Origin: Candidatus Eiseniibacteriota bacterium
GTDB taxonomy: Bacteria > Eisenbacteria > RBG-16-71-46
DNA length: 64,000 nt
Direction of reading: 5' to 3'
NCBI GenBank assembly: GCA_025360715.1
Contig: JANYBS010000005.1
Span: forward strand, 5,571 to 69,570
The notes beneath the pieces are model-generated. The model was not told where the DNA came from, did no database searches, and saw nothing but the letters and a program-made list of their open reading frames with translations. Position numbers and translations under genes: made by a program. Positions 1 through 10,900 of this stretch are shown piece after piece (positions within the stretch are counted from its first letter, which is position 1; each line of letters opens with the position of its first letter).

Positions 1-77
1 CGGCGCCCGCAACGACATGGCGCCGGGCTAGTAATGGGAGCCGCGCGATCCGGCGCGACCCGAAAGAGGAGAGCGGT

Positions 78-830
78 ATGCCACAGAAGGGCCTGGTCGG
101 TAGCCGAGTCGCCGTGGACCGTCTCTATGCGCTGCTCCCGCCCGAGAGCGTGCCAGCGAGCACGCTGCCCGAGTGGACGCAGACCGACGTGCGCATCCTC
201 ACCGCACCGGCGATGGGCGCCGGCTTCGCGCAGTACCAGCTCGACGTGCGCCCCACGGGCGGCACCACCCAGACGCTGTCCGCGAATGTGCAGTCGTTCT
301 TCTACGTGCAATCCGGCCAGGTACGCATCGATAGCGCCGGCCAGGCGGGGCGCGTCATGGACGCCGGCGCGTATCTGTACCTGCCGCCTGGCGCAGGCTT
401 CACGCTCGAGGCGCTGCAGCCCGCGCGCGTGCTCTGGCTTCGCAAGCGCTTCGAACCGTTCGGCGCCGCGAAGCCTCGTGAAGTCGCAGGCCGTGAGCAG
501 GACCTGAAGGGCGAGGCGTTCATGGAGATGCCCGAGCTGATCCTGAAGAAGCTCCTGCCCGAGGAGCCGGGCTTCGATATGGCCATGAACATCTTCACGT
601 TCGCGCCCGGGCACGGCCTGCCGCTCACCGAGACCCACGTCATGGAGCACGGTCTGATCATGCTTCAGGGTCAGGGGCTCTACTTTCTGGGGAACGACTG
701 GCGCGAAGTGCAGCAGGGCGACTTCATCTGGATGGGGCCGTTCTGCCCGCAGTCCTTCTTCGCCACCGGGACCACGCCCGCGCGCTACATCTACTACAAG
801 AACGTCAATCGCGACGTCGATCTCGGCTGA
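78..830 (+). CDS. Cupin-domain protein, probable (S)-ureidoglycine aminohydrolase-like (purine/ureide catabolism)
   Basis: 250 aa ORF starting at ATG 78. It has a bicupin-like sequence with a C-terminal cupin motif (HGLIMLQGQG...GDFIWMGPF). It lies immediately upstream of the xanthine dehydrogenase genes, and its stop overlaps the next start (830). Confidence 0.5.
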   Translation: MPQKGLVGSRVAVDRLYALLPPESVPASTLPEWTQTDVRILTAPAMGAGFAQYQLDVRPTGGTTQTLSANVQSFFYVQSGQVRIDSAGQAGRVMDAGAYLYLPPGAGFTLEALQPARVLWLRKRFEPFGAAKPREVAGREQDLKGEAFMEMPELILKKLLPEEPGFDMAMNIFTFAPGHGLPLTETHVMEHGLIMLQGQGLYFLGNDWREVQQGDFIWMGPFCPQSFFATGTTPARYIYYKNVNRDVDLG

Positions 831-3139
831 TGAGTACCGCCACCCCGAAGCCGCGCGCGAAGTGGGCGGCGGTCGGTCACTCGGTCCCTAAGCTCGACGC
901 GTACACCAAAGTCACCGGCGCCGCCGTCTATGTGGATGACATTCCGGCCGCAGGCATGTTGCATGGCCGCACCGTCCGTTCGACGATCGCGCGCGGCCGT
1001 ATCTGCAGCGTCACGCTCGATCCTGCGTTCGACTGGAGCGCCGTCACGGTCGTCGACTGGCGCGACATCCCAGGCGAGAACGTGGTGGCGCTCATCGAGA
1101 GCGACCAGCCGTTGCTTGCGCATGATGACGTCCGGCACCAGGACGAAGCGATCGTGCTGCTTGCGCACGAGGATCCGGAATACCTGCTCGAAGCCATGAA
1201 GCACGTGCGTATCGAATATGAGCCCCTCGAGCCGGTCCTCACGATCGAGGATTCCCTTGCGCGCAAGGACGTGCTCTACGGCAGCGACAACGTCTTCAAG
1301 ACCATCCATATCGAACGCGGGAACACCGCGGCCGGCTTGGCCAGCGCCGACGTGGTCGTGGAAGCCACCTATCGGTTCGGCCATCAGGAACATCTCTATA
1401 TCGAGAACAACGGCATGATCGCCGTGCGCACGCGCGATGGCGGCCTGCATGTGCGCGGTTCGCTGCAGTGCCCGCACTACGTGCACAAGGCGCTCTGCCG
1501 AGCGTTCGCACTGCCGGGCGACAAGGTGCGCGTGGCCCAGACGGTCACGGGGGGCGGCTTCGGTGGCAAGGAGGAGTATCCCTCCATGATCGCCGGCCAC
1601 GCCGCGCTGCTTGCGTGGAAGAGCGGCCGCCCCGTGCGTCTCATGTATGACCGGCTCGAAGACATCGCCGCGACCACCAAGCGCCATCCGGGCGTGATCC
1701 ATATCCGCGCCGGCGTCCAGCGCGATGGCACGCTCGTGGCACTCGAGTCCGACATCGTGCTTGACGGCGGCGCCTACGCGACGCTGTCCGCAGTGGTGCT
1801 CTCGCGCGGCGCGATCCACGCCGGCGGGCCGTACCGGTGGCCACACGCCCGCATCCATGCGCGCGTCGTCGCCACGAACACCCCACCGAATGGCGCGTTC
1901 CGCGGCTTCGGCGCGCCGCAGACGCAGTTCGCGCTCGAGTGTCATATCGATCGCCTCGCGGCGGAACTGGGTATGGACCCGGTCGATCTTCGGCGTCGCA
2001 ACGCGCTGATCATCGGCGACATCACGCCCACTGGCCAGACGTTGCACGAGAGCGTGAGCGCGCACGAAGTACTCGAACGCACGCTCGAGGCAAGCCGCTT
2101 TCACGCGCGTCGCAAGGAGTTCACGAAGGCCAACGCCAAAGCCGAAGCTGCCGAGCGCGCCGGGCGAAGTTCGCCAGGCGGCCGCCGTCTGCGTCGCGGC
2201 ATCGGCTGTGCGCTGGTCTATCACGGCGCCGGCTTCACCGGCAGTGGCGAGGTGCGTCTCGCGAGCAAGGCGGCGATGGAACTCACCGAAGACGGCTGGC
2301 CGCGCATCCTGGCAGGCACGACCGAGATCGGGCAGGGGACGATAACGGTGTTCGCGCAAGTGGCCGCCGAAGCGCTGGGCCTTGCGCCTGCGCGTGTGCA
2401 GGTCGCCGAGCCCGACACGGCGCGCGTGCCCGACAGCGGCCCCACGGTCGCCTCGCGAACGCTCATGATCGTCGGCGCGCTCGTGGGCGAGTGTGCGCGC
2501 GACATGCGCGCGGCGCTCGAAGGTCTCACGGGCAAGCCGGTCGCCAACGAAGCGGCGTTCCGTCGTGCTGCCAAGCGATGGCTCCAGGAGCGCGGCCCGC
2601 TGCGCGTGGAAGCGAAGTACCGCAAGCCCGAGTTCATCCAGTGGAACGAGGATACCTATCAGGGCGACGCTTATGGCGTCTTCTCGTACGCGGCGCTCGT
2701 CACCGAGGTCGAGGTGGACCTCGACACCGCTGAGACCCGGGTGCTCGATGTGACCACGGCGCAGGACATCGGTAAGGCCATCCATCCCGTACTCGCCGCC
2801 GGACAGATCGAGGGCGGCGTTTTGCAAGGTCTGGGCTGGGCGTTGCTGGAGGAAGTGCGCTGGAAGGACGGCCGCGTGTGGAACGCGCAGCTCACCAATT
2901 ACATCATTCCCACGTCGGCGGATGCGCCGCCGATCCACACCATCCTCGTCGAGAACCCCACATCGCTCGGGCCGTTCGGCGCCAAGGGCGTGGGCGAGAT
3001 GCCCATGGACGTGCCCGCGCCCGCGGTCGTCGCCGCGATCGCCCACGCCACCGGCGTGCGCATGACCGAGATCCCGGTGACGCCGGAGCGTTTGCGAAGC
3101 GCACTGCGAGCGGATGGGAACACAAGGACCGGACGATGA
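830..3139 (+). CDS. Xanthine dehydrogenase / aldehyde oxidase family molybdopterin-binding large subunit
   Basis: 769 aa. The N-terminal a/b hammerhead plus the Mo-pterin binding domains are typical of the XdhA/CoxL family (GFGGKEEYPSM, GQIEGGVLQGLGWALLEE, EMPMDVPAPAV). It is followed in order by the 2Fe-2S and FAD subunits. Confidence 0.85.
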   Translation: MSTATPKPRAKWAAVGHSVPKLDAYTKVTGAAVYVDDIPAAGMLHGRTVRSTIARGRICSVTLDPAFDWSAVTVVDWRDIPGENVVALIESDQPLLAHDDVRHQDEAIVLLAHEDPEYLLEAMKHVRIEYEPLEPVLTIEDSLARKDVLYGSDNVFKTIHIERGNTAAGLASADVVVEATYRFGHQEHLYIENNGMIAVRTRDGGLHVRGSLQCPHYVHKALCRAFALPGDKVRVAQTVTGGGFGGKEEYPSMIAGHAALLAWKSGRPVRLMYDRLEDIAATTKRHPGVIHIRAGVQRDGTLVALESDIVLDGGAYATLSAVVLSRGAIHAGGPYRWPHARIHARVVATNTPPNGAFRGFGAPQTQFALECHIDRLAAELGMDPVDLRRRNALIIGDITPTGQTLHESVSAHEVLERTLEASRFHARRKEFTKANAKAEAAERAGRSSPGGRRLRRGIGCALVYHGAGFTGSGEVRLASKAAMELTEDGWPRILAGTTEIGQGTITVFAQVAAEALGLAPARVQVAEPDTARVPDSGPTVASRTLMIVGALVGECARDMRAALEGLTGKPVANEAAFRRAAKRWLQERGPLRVEAKYRKPEFIQWNEDTYQGDAYGVFSYAALVTEVEVDLDTAETRVLDVTTAQDIGKAIHPVLAAGQIEGGVLQGLGWALLEEVRWKDGRVWNAQLTNYIIPTSADAPPIHTILVENPTSLGPFGAKGVGEMPMDVPAPAVVAAIAHATGVRMTEIPVTPERLRSALRADGNTRTGR

Positions 3140-3642
3140 GTGGACCTGTCACCTTGAAGCTGCGCGTGAACGGACGTGCGATGACCTTGAGCGCCCCGCC
3201 CATGAAGCGCCTGCTCGATGTGTTGCGTGAGGAGGCGCATCTCACCGGCGCCAAGGAGGGATGCGGCGAAGGCGAGTGCGGCGCTTGCAGCGTTCTGCTG
3301 GACGGCATTCCGGTGAATTCGTGCCTCGTGCCCTTTGGTCAGTGTGAAGGCGCGCGTATCACCACAGTGGAAGGTCTAGCGAGCGGCCGCCGCTTGAGCG
3401 CGCTGCAACAGGCGTTCGTGGAGATGGGCGGATCGCAGTGCGGCATCTGCACCCCCGGCATGCTCATCGCGGCGACGGCATTGTTGGACCGGAAGCCGGG
3501 GCGCGTGCCGTCCGAGGACGAAGTGCGCACGGCGCTCGCCGGCAACCTGTGCCGCTGCACCGGCTACCAACGCATCGTCGACGCCGTGCGCGCCGCAGCG
3601 AAGCCACGGCCCTCAGGCTCCAAGCCCGGCAGGGGCCGATGA
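3136..3642 (+). CDS. Xanthine dehydrogenase family [2Fe-2S] iron-sulfur subunit
   Basis: Internal ATG at 3136 overlaps the upstream stop as ATGA. The protein MSGPVTLKLRVNGRAMTL... contains the plant-type ferredoxin motif CGEGECGACSV and the second cluster motif CGICTPG...CRCTGY. Confidence 0.85.
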   Translation: MSGPVTLKLRVNGRAMTLSAPPMKRLLDVLREEAHLTGAKEGCGEGECGACSVLLDGIPVNSCLVPFGQCEGARITTVEGLASGRRLSALQQAFVEMGGSQCGICTPGMLIAATALLDRKPGRVPSEDEVRTALAGNLCRCTGYQRIVDAVRAAAKPRPSGSKPGRGR

Positions 3643-4505
3643 GGTCGCCGCTCTCGACCCTCACGTTGCTGCGTCCGCGCACGGAACGCGAGGCGCTCGC
3701 TGCCATGACGGCGTCCGAGGCTCCACGGCCGATCGCTGGCGGCACCGATCTGTACGTTGCGATGCACGCGGGCATCTCGCACGGCGCCGAGTATCTGGAC
3801 CTCTCGCGCATCAAGCCCTGGCAGCGCATCGAACACGACGCGCGCGGCGTCACTCTGGGTGCGACCGCGACGTTCCTGCGCATCCAGGCCGACGCCGCGG
3901 TCCGCCGCCGGCTTCCGGCGCTCGCGGCCGCCGCCGCCGAAGTTGGGGCGTGGCCGATCCAGGCGCGCGCCACGATCGGCGGCAATATCGCGAATGCCTC
4001 GCCGGCCGGCGACTCGCTGCCCGTACTGCTCGCATACGACGCCGTCGTGCACCTGCGTTCGGCGCGCGGCATGCGCGAAGTTCCGTTCACCGAACTCCTC
4101 ACCGGCTATCGCACACTTGCCATGGAGCGCGACGAGCTCATCGCGGCCGTGCGCATCCCGTATCCCGCCCGGGGCGTGACCACGTTCTTCCGCAAGGTTG
4201 GCACACGCCGCGCCCAGAGCATCTCCAAGGTGGCCTTCTGCGCCGCGTTCGGCTTCGACGCCAAAGGCCGTACGTCGCACGTGCGGCTGGCCTACGGCAG
4301 CATGGCCGCCACGACGCGCCGGGCAGTACACGCCGAGGCGGTCTTCCTGGGCCAGAAGCCGGCGGCAGCGCTCGAGGCGGCCATCGCGGCGCTCGCGCAG
4401 GACCTCACGCCGATCGATGACGTCCGCTCCGATGCCGCCTACCGGATCGACATCGCCGCCCGGCTGCTGGAACAGTGCGTGCGTGTGGTGACAGGGAGGC
4501 GGTAG
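3639..4505 (+). CDS. Xanthine dehydrogenase family FAD-binding (medium) subunit
   Basis: ATG at 3639 overlaps the previous stop (ATGA). The sequence MRSPLSTLTLLRPRTEREALAAM...IAGGTDLYV matches the FAD-binding molybdopterin dehydrogenase domain (CoxM/XdhB-like). 288 aa. Confidence 0.8.
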   Translation: MRSPLSTLTLLRPRTEREALAAMTASEAPRPIAGGTDLYVAMHAGISHGAEYLDLSRIKPWQRIEHDARGVTLGATATFLRIQADAAVRRRLPALAAAAAEVGAWPIQARATIGGNIANASPAGDSLPVLLAYDAVVHLRSARGMREVPFTELLTGYRTLAMERDELIAAVRIPYPARGVTTFFRKVGTRRAQSISKVAFCAAFGFDAKGRTSHVRLAYGSMAATTRRAVHAEAVFLGQKPAAALEAAIAALAQDLTPIDDVRSDAAYRIDIAARLLEQCVRVVTGRR

Positions 4506-4628
4506 CCTCTCCTCCTCTCCGCCGGGTGGTTGGCGACCGTCGCTTCAGCTCCGCCGGGGAGGACACATCCTCCGTCGTGCGGGCGCGCGGGACTGGCGTG
4601 CGACATGGCGGGAAGAGTGGAGCCTCTC

Positions 4629-4946
4629 ATGATGCACCGCACCATCCGGCTTGTGCGCCCGGCCGACCGGCCCGCGATCGAGACGTTCTACGCTCACTAC
4701 GTCCGCACCTCCACGTTCACCTACCAGGAGGAGCAAGGCACCGACGCCGAGCGCGCTGCGTGGTTCGCGGCCCACGGTGAACGGCATCCGATCACCGTCG
4801 TCGAGAGGGACGAGACGATCCTGGGCTGGGCCTCGATGGGCTTTGCGCGAGTGGCCCACCTGAAGCAGGTGGGCCACAAGTTCGGCCGCTGGCTCGACGT
4901 GATCTATTTGCAACGCATGCTCACGCCGCAGGATGACTCGCGCTAA
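4629..4946 (+). CDS. GNAT (phosphinothricin-acetyltransferase-like) N-acetyltransferase remnant with in-frame internal deletion
   Basis: The N-terminus (TIRLVRPADRPAIETFYAHYV...AWFAAHGERHPITVVERDETILGWASMG) and C-terminus (VGHKFGRWLDVIYLQRML) match the two ends of PAT-like GNAT enzymes. The roughly 60 aa core carrying the acetyl-CoA-binding motif A is absent. Only about 105 aa remain, against about 170 aa for intact members. Confidence 0.5.
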   Translation: MMHRTIRLVRPADRPAIETFYAHYVRTSTFTYQEEQGTDAERAAWFAAHGERHPITVVERDETILGWASMGFARVAHLKQVGHKFGRWLDVIYLQRMLTPQDDSR

Positions 4947-5683
4947 CTGCTGGATGAAGGAATGTACTGTGCGATCCGGTGCGCCATCTTGCTGGGCGTG
5001 AGCGAGTGCAGCCAGATGCGCCCCGGACCGCGCAGGGTCGCCAGGAACAAGCCTTCACCGCCCATCAGGATGTTGGTGAAGCCCTGGATCATCTCGATGT
5101 CGAAGGTGACCGAGGCGTCGAACATGGCAACGTGGCCGGGTTCCACGCGCATGACCTCGCCCTCCTTGAGGTGATATTCGATCGCGTCGCCGTCGAGTTC
5201 TGCGAACACCGCGCCCGGCCCCGAGAGCTTCTGGAGTACAAAGCCTTCGCCGCCGAACGCACCCGCGCCCAAACGCCGGGTGAAGAACACGTCCAAGTTC
5301 ACGGTCTTCTCGGCGCACAGGAACGCGTGCTTGTGCATGATCACGGTCTGCCCAGCGTCGAGCTCGAACGCGAGCACCTTGCCGGGGAAGTCGGTCGAGA
5401 ACGCCACATGTCCGGCGCTGCCCTCTGCGCTGAAATCGACCACGAACATCGTCGCACCCGAGACCGCACGCTTGAGCAGACCGCCGATACCGCCCTGCGT
5501 GTGCGTGTTCATCCGGACGCTCTGGCTCATCCACGACATCGCGCCGGCATCCGAATACACCATCGCACCCGGCGCCAGATCCACCAGGAGCGTCTGCTGG
5601 ACCGTGCCCATGATGTGGTACGGCATGCCCTTGAGCGTGCGGCCGTCGATCTCTGCAGGGGTCGGCAGTTCGGGGATGGTCAT
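4943..5683 (-). CDS. AIM24 / TIGR00266 (DUF124) family protein
   Basis: 246 aa from ATG 5683 (MTIPELPTPAEIDGRTLKGMPYHIMG...), with GGAGG upstream. The beta-rich repeated architecture is typical of the AIM24 family. The long upstream extension in the ORF track lacks coding features. Confidence 0.7.
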   Translation of the reverse strand: MTIPELPTPAEIDGRTLKGMPYHIMGTVQQTLLVDLAPGAMVYSDAGAMSWMSQSVRMNTHTQGGIGGLLKRAVSGATMFVVDFSAEGSAGHVAFSTDFPGKVLAFELDAGQTVIMHKHAFLCAEKTVNLDVFFTRRLGAGAFGGEGFVLQKLSGPGAVFAELDGDAIEYHLKEGEVMRVEPGHVAMFDASVTFDIEMIQGFTNILMGGEGLFLATLRGPGRIWLHSLTPSKMAHRIAQYIPSSSS

Positions 5684-6081
5684 GCGCCCTCCGTTCGTCG
5701 AAGTGGGTGTGCGGTGAGTAGTCGCGACACGACACTTTACACACCCGGGCGCTTGCATGCGCGGCATGGGATTGTTTTCGAGATCCCACTTCACCCAGGG
5801 CTTCGGGCTTCTCGCCGGGCCCGGCGATGATCTATTCGTTTCGCAGCGCAATCCGGTGAGCACGATCCTGCGCATCATTCGCGCGGTGGCCCGGCCCGCG
5901 GGCATCGCCCGCAACGCCCACGGCACGCCTTTCGCGTCTGAACACTTCATACTCAGGGTGAAGAAGATCGCTCAGGATAGCTCTGTGACGAAACTTGCGT
6001 TCCGAGTCGGCCCCGCGGCCGGCGTCCAATCGGAGGGGGGAGACTCACTTCACTCGCACCGTGACGCGCGGCGAGCGGTCC

Positions 6082-6540
6082 CTACTTCACGCCGGTATGT
6101 CCGAAACCGCCTTCGCCGCGCGTGGTGGCCGAGAGCGTCTCGACCTCGTGCCACTCGATGAGCGGCACACGGGCGAGCACGAATTGTGCGATGCGCATAC
6201 CTCGTTCGATCACGAACGGCTCGCTGCCGTGATGGATCAGGCCCACGACGATCTCGCCGCGGTAGTCCGAATCGATGGTCGCCGGTGAGTTCGCCAGCGT
6301 GATGCCGTGCTTGATCGCCATGCCGGAGCGCGGGCGGATCTGCAGCTCGAAGCCCGCCGGGATCTCGACGGTGAGCCCGGTCGGGACGCGCGCGATAGCG
6401 CCGGGCGCCAGCGTCACAGGCGCAGCGATCGCGGCGCGCACATCCATGCCGGCAGCGCCGGCGGTCTCGTACTCGGGCAGGGGAAGGTCGGCGGCATGCG
6501 GCAGGCGCACGAGGCGCACGGGGATACGGGATTCGCTCAT
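6082..6540 (-). CDS. dut: dUTP diphosphatase
   Basis: 152 aa, with all dUTPase motifs present ([49 protein letters not shown]). Confidence 0.9.
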   Translation of the reverse strand: MSESRIPVRLVRLPHAADLPLPEYETAGAAGMDVRAAIAAPVTLAPGAIARVPTGLTVEIPAGFELQIRPRSGMAIKHGITLANSPATIDSDYRGEIVVGLIHHGSEPFVIERGMRIAQFVLARVPLIEWHEVETLSATTRGEGGFGHTGVK

Positions 6541-6652
6541 AGGCGCAACCTAGCCAGCGTTCTGGGCTCGCGCAAGTGGCAGCGATCGCCTGCAGGCGGC
6601 GGCTTCGCGTGCCGATACCTTCGGGAAGCGGCTCGTCTCCTGCGGAGGTCCC

Positions 6653-6805
6653 ATGTTCGCCAACATCGTCGTGCTGATCGTCGCCTCGGTCGGTGGTTCT
6701 GTCGGCTGGTGGCTGGGTTCGCTGGTCGGCTTCATGACGGCGTTCTTCCTGAGTCTGGTCGGCACCGCCGTGGGCACCTTCTACGCCCGCAAGTGGACGC
6801 GCTGA
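6653..6805 (+). CDS. Small (50 aa) glycine-zipper membrane protein, hypothetical
   Basis: ATG at 6653 is preceded by GGAGG. The product MFANIVVLIVASVGGSVGWWLGSLVGFMTAFFLSLVGTAVGTFYARKWTR has two hydrophobic helices with GxxxG-like spacing. It is too short to appear in the ORF track. Confidence 0.35.
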   Translation: MFANIVVLIVASVGGSVGWWLGSLVGFMTAFFLSLVGTAVGTFYARKWTR

Positions 6806-6963
6806 CCGTGGCGGCGAACCGGCGCGGCTGAACACGGCCGGCGGCGCGATCCTCGCGTGCCGATTGCGGCGAAGTCCTCTAGATTGCGTTCACCCGGCGC
6901 AGCCTGCCGGGCCCGTGATCCGCATGTGCTCGCGAAGGCGGGCACCATCGCCCGAGGACCTGA

Positions 6964-7938
<975 letters not shown>

Positions 7939-7939
7939 C

Positions 7940-10900
7940 ATGCGCGCCATCCGCATCGCCACCTGTGTTGTTGTTGCGGCCCTGTCGCTGTGCGCCACCA
8001 TGGCGATCGCAAGCGCGATCGATCCGCAGATCGCCGACGGCCTGCGGTGGCGCTGCATCGGTCCGTTCCGCGGTGGCCGCACCGTGGCGGCGGTGGGAGT
8101 CTCCGGCCACCCGGCCACGTTCTACATCGGCGTCAACAACGGTGGTGTCTGGCGCAGCGATGACGCGGGCCGCGTGTGGACGCCGATCTTCGACGATCAA
8201 CCCACGCAATCGATCGGTTCGATCGCCGTGGCGCCCAGCGACCCCAAGGTGATCTACGTCGGGTCCGGTGAGGGCCTACAGCGGCCGGACCTCTCCGTGG
8301 GCGACGGCGTGTACCGCTCCGATGACGCCGGGCGCACATGGCAGCATCTGGGATTGCGCGATGGCCAGCAGATCCCGGCGTTGGCCGTGGACCCGCGCGA
8401 CCCGAAGCGCGTGTTCGCGGCGGTGCTCGGGCATCCGTACGGTGCGAATCCTGAGCGCGGCGTTTTCCGTTCGCTCGACGGCGGCGTGCATTGGGACGCC
8501 GTGCTGCACACGAACGATGACACGGGCGCCATGGACGTGGTCTTCGATCCCGCGTCATCTTCCACGATGTACGCGGCACTCTGGTCGGCGCGGCAGACGC
8601 CGTGGGAGGGCGGCGCCGGCTCGCTCGCCGAGAACAATGGCCTCTACAAGTCCACCGATGGCGGCACCACGTGGCGCCGCGCGGGACTCGGACTGCCCGA
8701 TGCGAGCGACGGTCTGGGCCGCATCGGCATCGCGACGGCGGCCGGGGCCCCGGGGCGTCTCTACGCGATCGCCAGCGCTTCGAAGAACGCGGGCCTCTAC
8801 CGCTCCGATGACTCGGGCGAGCACTTCACGCTTGTGAATGCCGACCATCGCCTGAGCGATCGTGACGGCGACTTCAACGAGGTCCGCGTCGACCCGTACC
8901 ATCCCGACGTCCTGTACGTGGCCAACGTCATGACGTGGAAGTCCACCGACGGCGGCAAGCATTTCGAAGGCTTCCGCGGCGCGCCGGGCGGCGACGACTA
9001 TCACCGTTTCTGGATCGACCCCACGGACTCGAACACGATCCTGCTCGCGAGCGACCAAGGCGCCGTGGTCACGCTCAACGGCGGCGCCTCGTGGAGCAGT
9101 TGGTACAACCAGCCCACCGCGCAGATGTTCCATGTGAACGCCGACAACCATTTTCCGTACCGCGTCATGGGCGGGCAACAGGAGAGCGGCTCCGCTGGCG
9201 TGCTCAGCCGGTCCGATGACGGCCGAATCACATTCGCGGATTGGCATCCGGTCGGCGTCGAGGAATACGGCTACGCCGTTCCGGATCCGCTCGATCCCGA
9301 CCTGGTCTATGGCGGCAAGATCGAGCGCTTCGACTGGCGCACGGGCGACGTGCAGAACGTCTCGCCGGATCCGATCCGCCGCGGCGACTATCGCTGGGTG
9401 CGCACCATGCCGATCGCGTTCTCGCCGGCGGATCCGCACGCGCTCTACCTGGGCGCCAACGTGATCTTCCGCACAACTGACGGTGGCGAGCACTGGGACA
9501 CCATCAGCGGCGACCTCACGCGCGTGGCACCCGAGGTGCCGAAGGTGCTGGGTGCGTTCACGACCAAGGACTTCGAACAGGGCCGTCACCGGGGTGTGGT
9601 CTACGCGATCGCGCCATCGCCCTTGCGCGCGCCGCTGCTCTGGGCGGGCACCGACGATGGCCGGGTCCATGTGACGCACGATCTCGGCGCGCACTGGAGC
9701 GACGTCACGCCGGCGCGGCTCACGGCCTGGAGCAAGGTGAGCATCATCGAGGCGTCGCACTTCGATAGTCTCACGGCCTACGCCGCGATCAATCGCCTGC
9801 GCCTCGATGACCTGCAACCGCACATCGAAGCCACCCACGATGGCGGGCGTTCATGGACCGAGATCACCACGGGCATCGATACGAATGCTGTCGTGAATGC
9901 CGTCCGCGAGGATCCCACAGTGAAGGGGCTTCTCTATGCGGGAACCGAGCGCGGCGTGTTCGTCTCGTTCGACGATGGCGCACACTGGCGCACCCTGCAG
10001 CGCAACCTGCCGCGCTCGTCGGTGCGCGACCTCGTGGTGAAGGATGCCGACCTCGTGGTCGCCACGCATGGACGCAGCTTCTGGATCCTTGATGACGTCA
10101 CGCCGCTGCGGCATGCCGCCGAGGCCAGCATCGCGACAGGCGCTTATCTGTTCCCGCCCGCGCAGGCGTGGCGAGTACGCGACGACCGCTGGACCGACAC
10201 CCCACTGCCGCCCGATGAACCCGCAGGGGAGAACCCGCCGGACGGCGCCGTGATCGACTATCGCCTGCCGACAGGCACGTCGGGCACGGTCCGATTGCAG
10301 ATCGCCGACTCGACGGGTGCCGTGGTGCGCAGCTTCGATAGCTCGGATCCGCCCGAGGACAAGGGCCGCGATCTCGATATCCCGGACTACTGGATCCGCA
10401 CGAATCAACCGCTCGCGGCCACGCCGGGCATGCACCGCTTCATCTGGGACCTCCATGGCACGTCGCCGCCGGGCGCCAAGCGCTATCCTATCGGCGCCAC
10501 GCCGCAGGACACGCCCGCCGAGCCGCGCGGGCCGCGGGTACTGCCGGGACACTACGAGATCCGGCTCACCGCCGGCCGCCAGGTGGTTGCTCGCGCGCTC
10601 GAGGTCCGCGCGGATCCGCGGGTGAAGACGCCTTGGGCGGAACAACGCGAAGCTCACGAGATGGCGGTGACCGTGGCACACCAGCTCGAGGATCTGAATG
10701 TGCTGCGCCAGAAGCTCGAGCACTTCCTTGAAGGCGAGCGAGGTTCGGGACAGGACACTTCTGCAGCTGTGGCCGCGAGCCAGTTATTGCGCGGTGCGTC
10801 GCGAGGCCCAGGGACCGGCACGCCCCCAGAAGTCACCGTAGGCCAGCTGAGCGATCGACTCATGCGGCTCTACGAGACGCTGGAAGGCAGCGACCGCGGG

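Noticed and set aside
794-3046. 750-aa minus-strand ORF antisense to the xanthine dehydrogenase large subunit
   Set aside because: No recognisable domains and Arg/Gly/Asp-rich low-complexity translation. This is typical of GC-driven antisense frames. The plus strand has unambiguous XDH homology.
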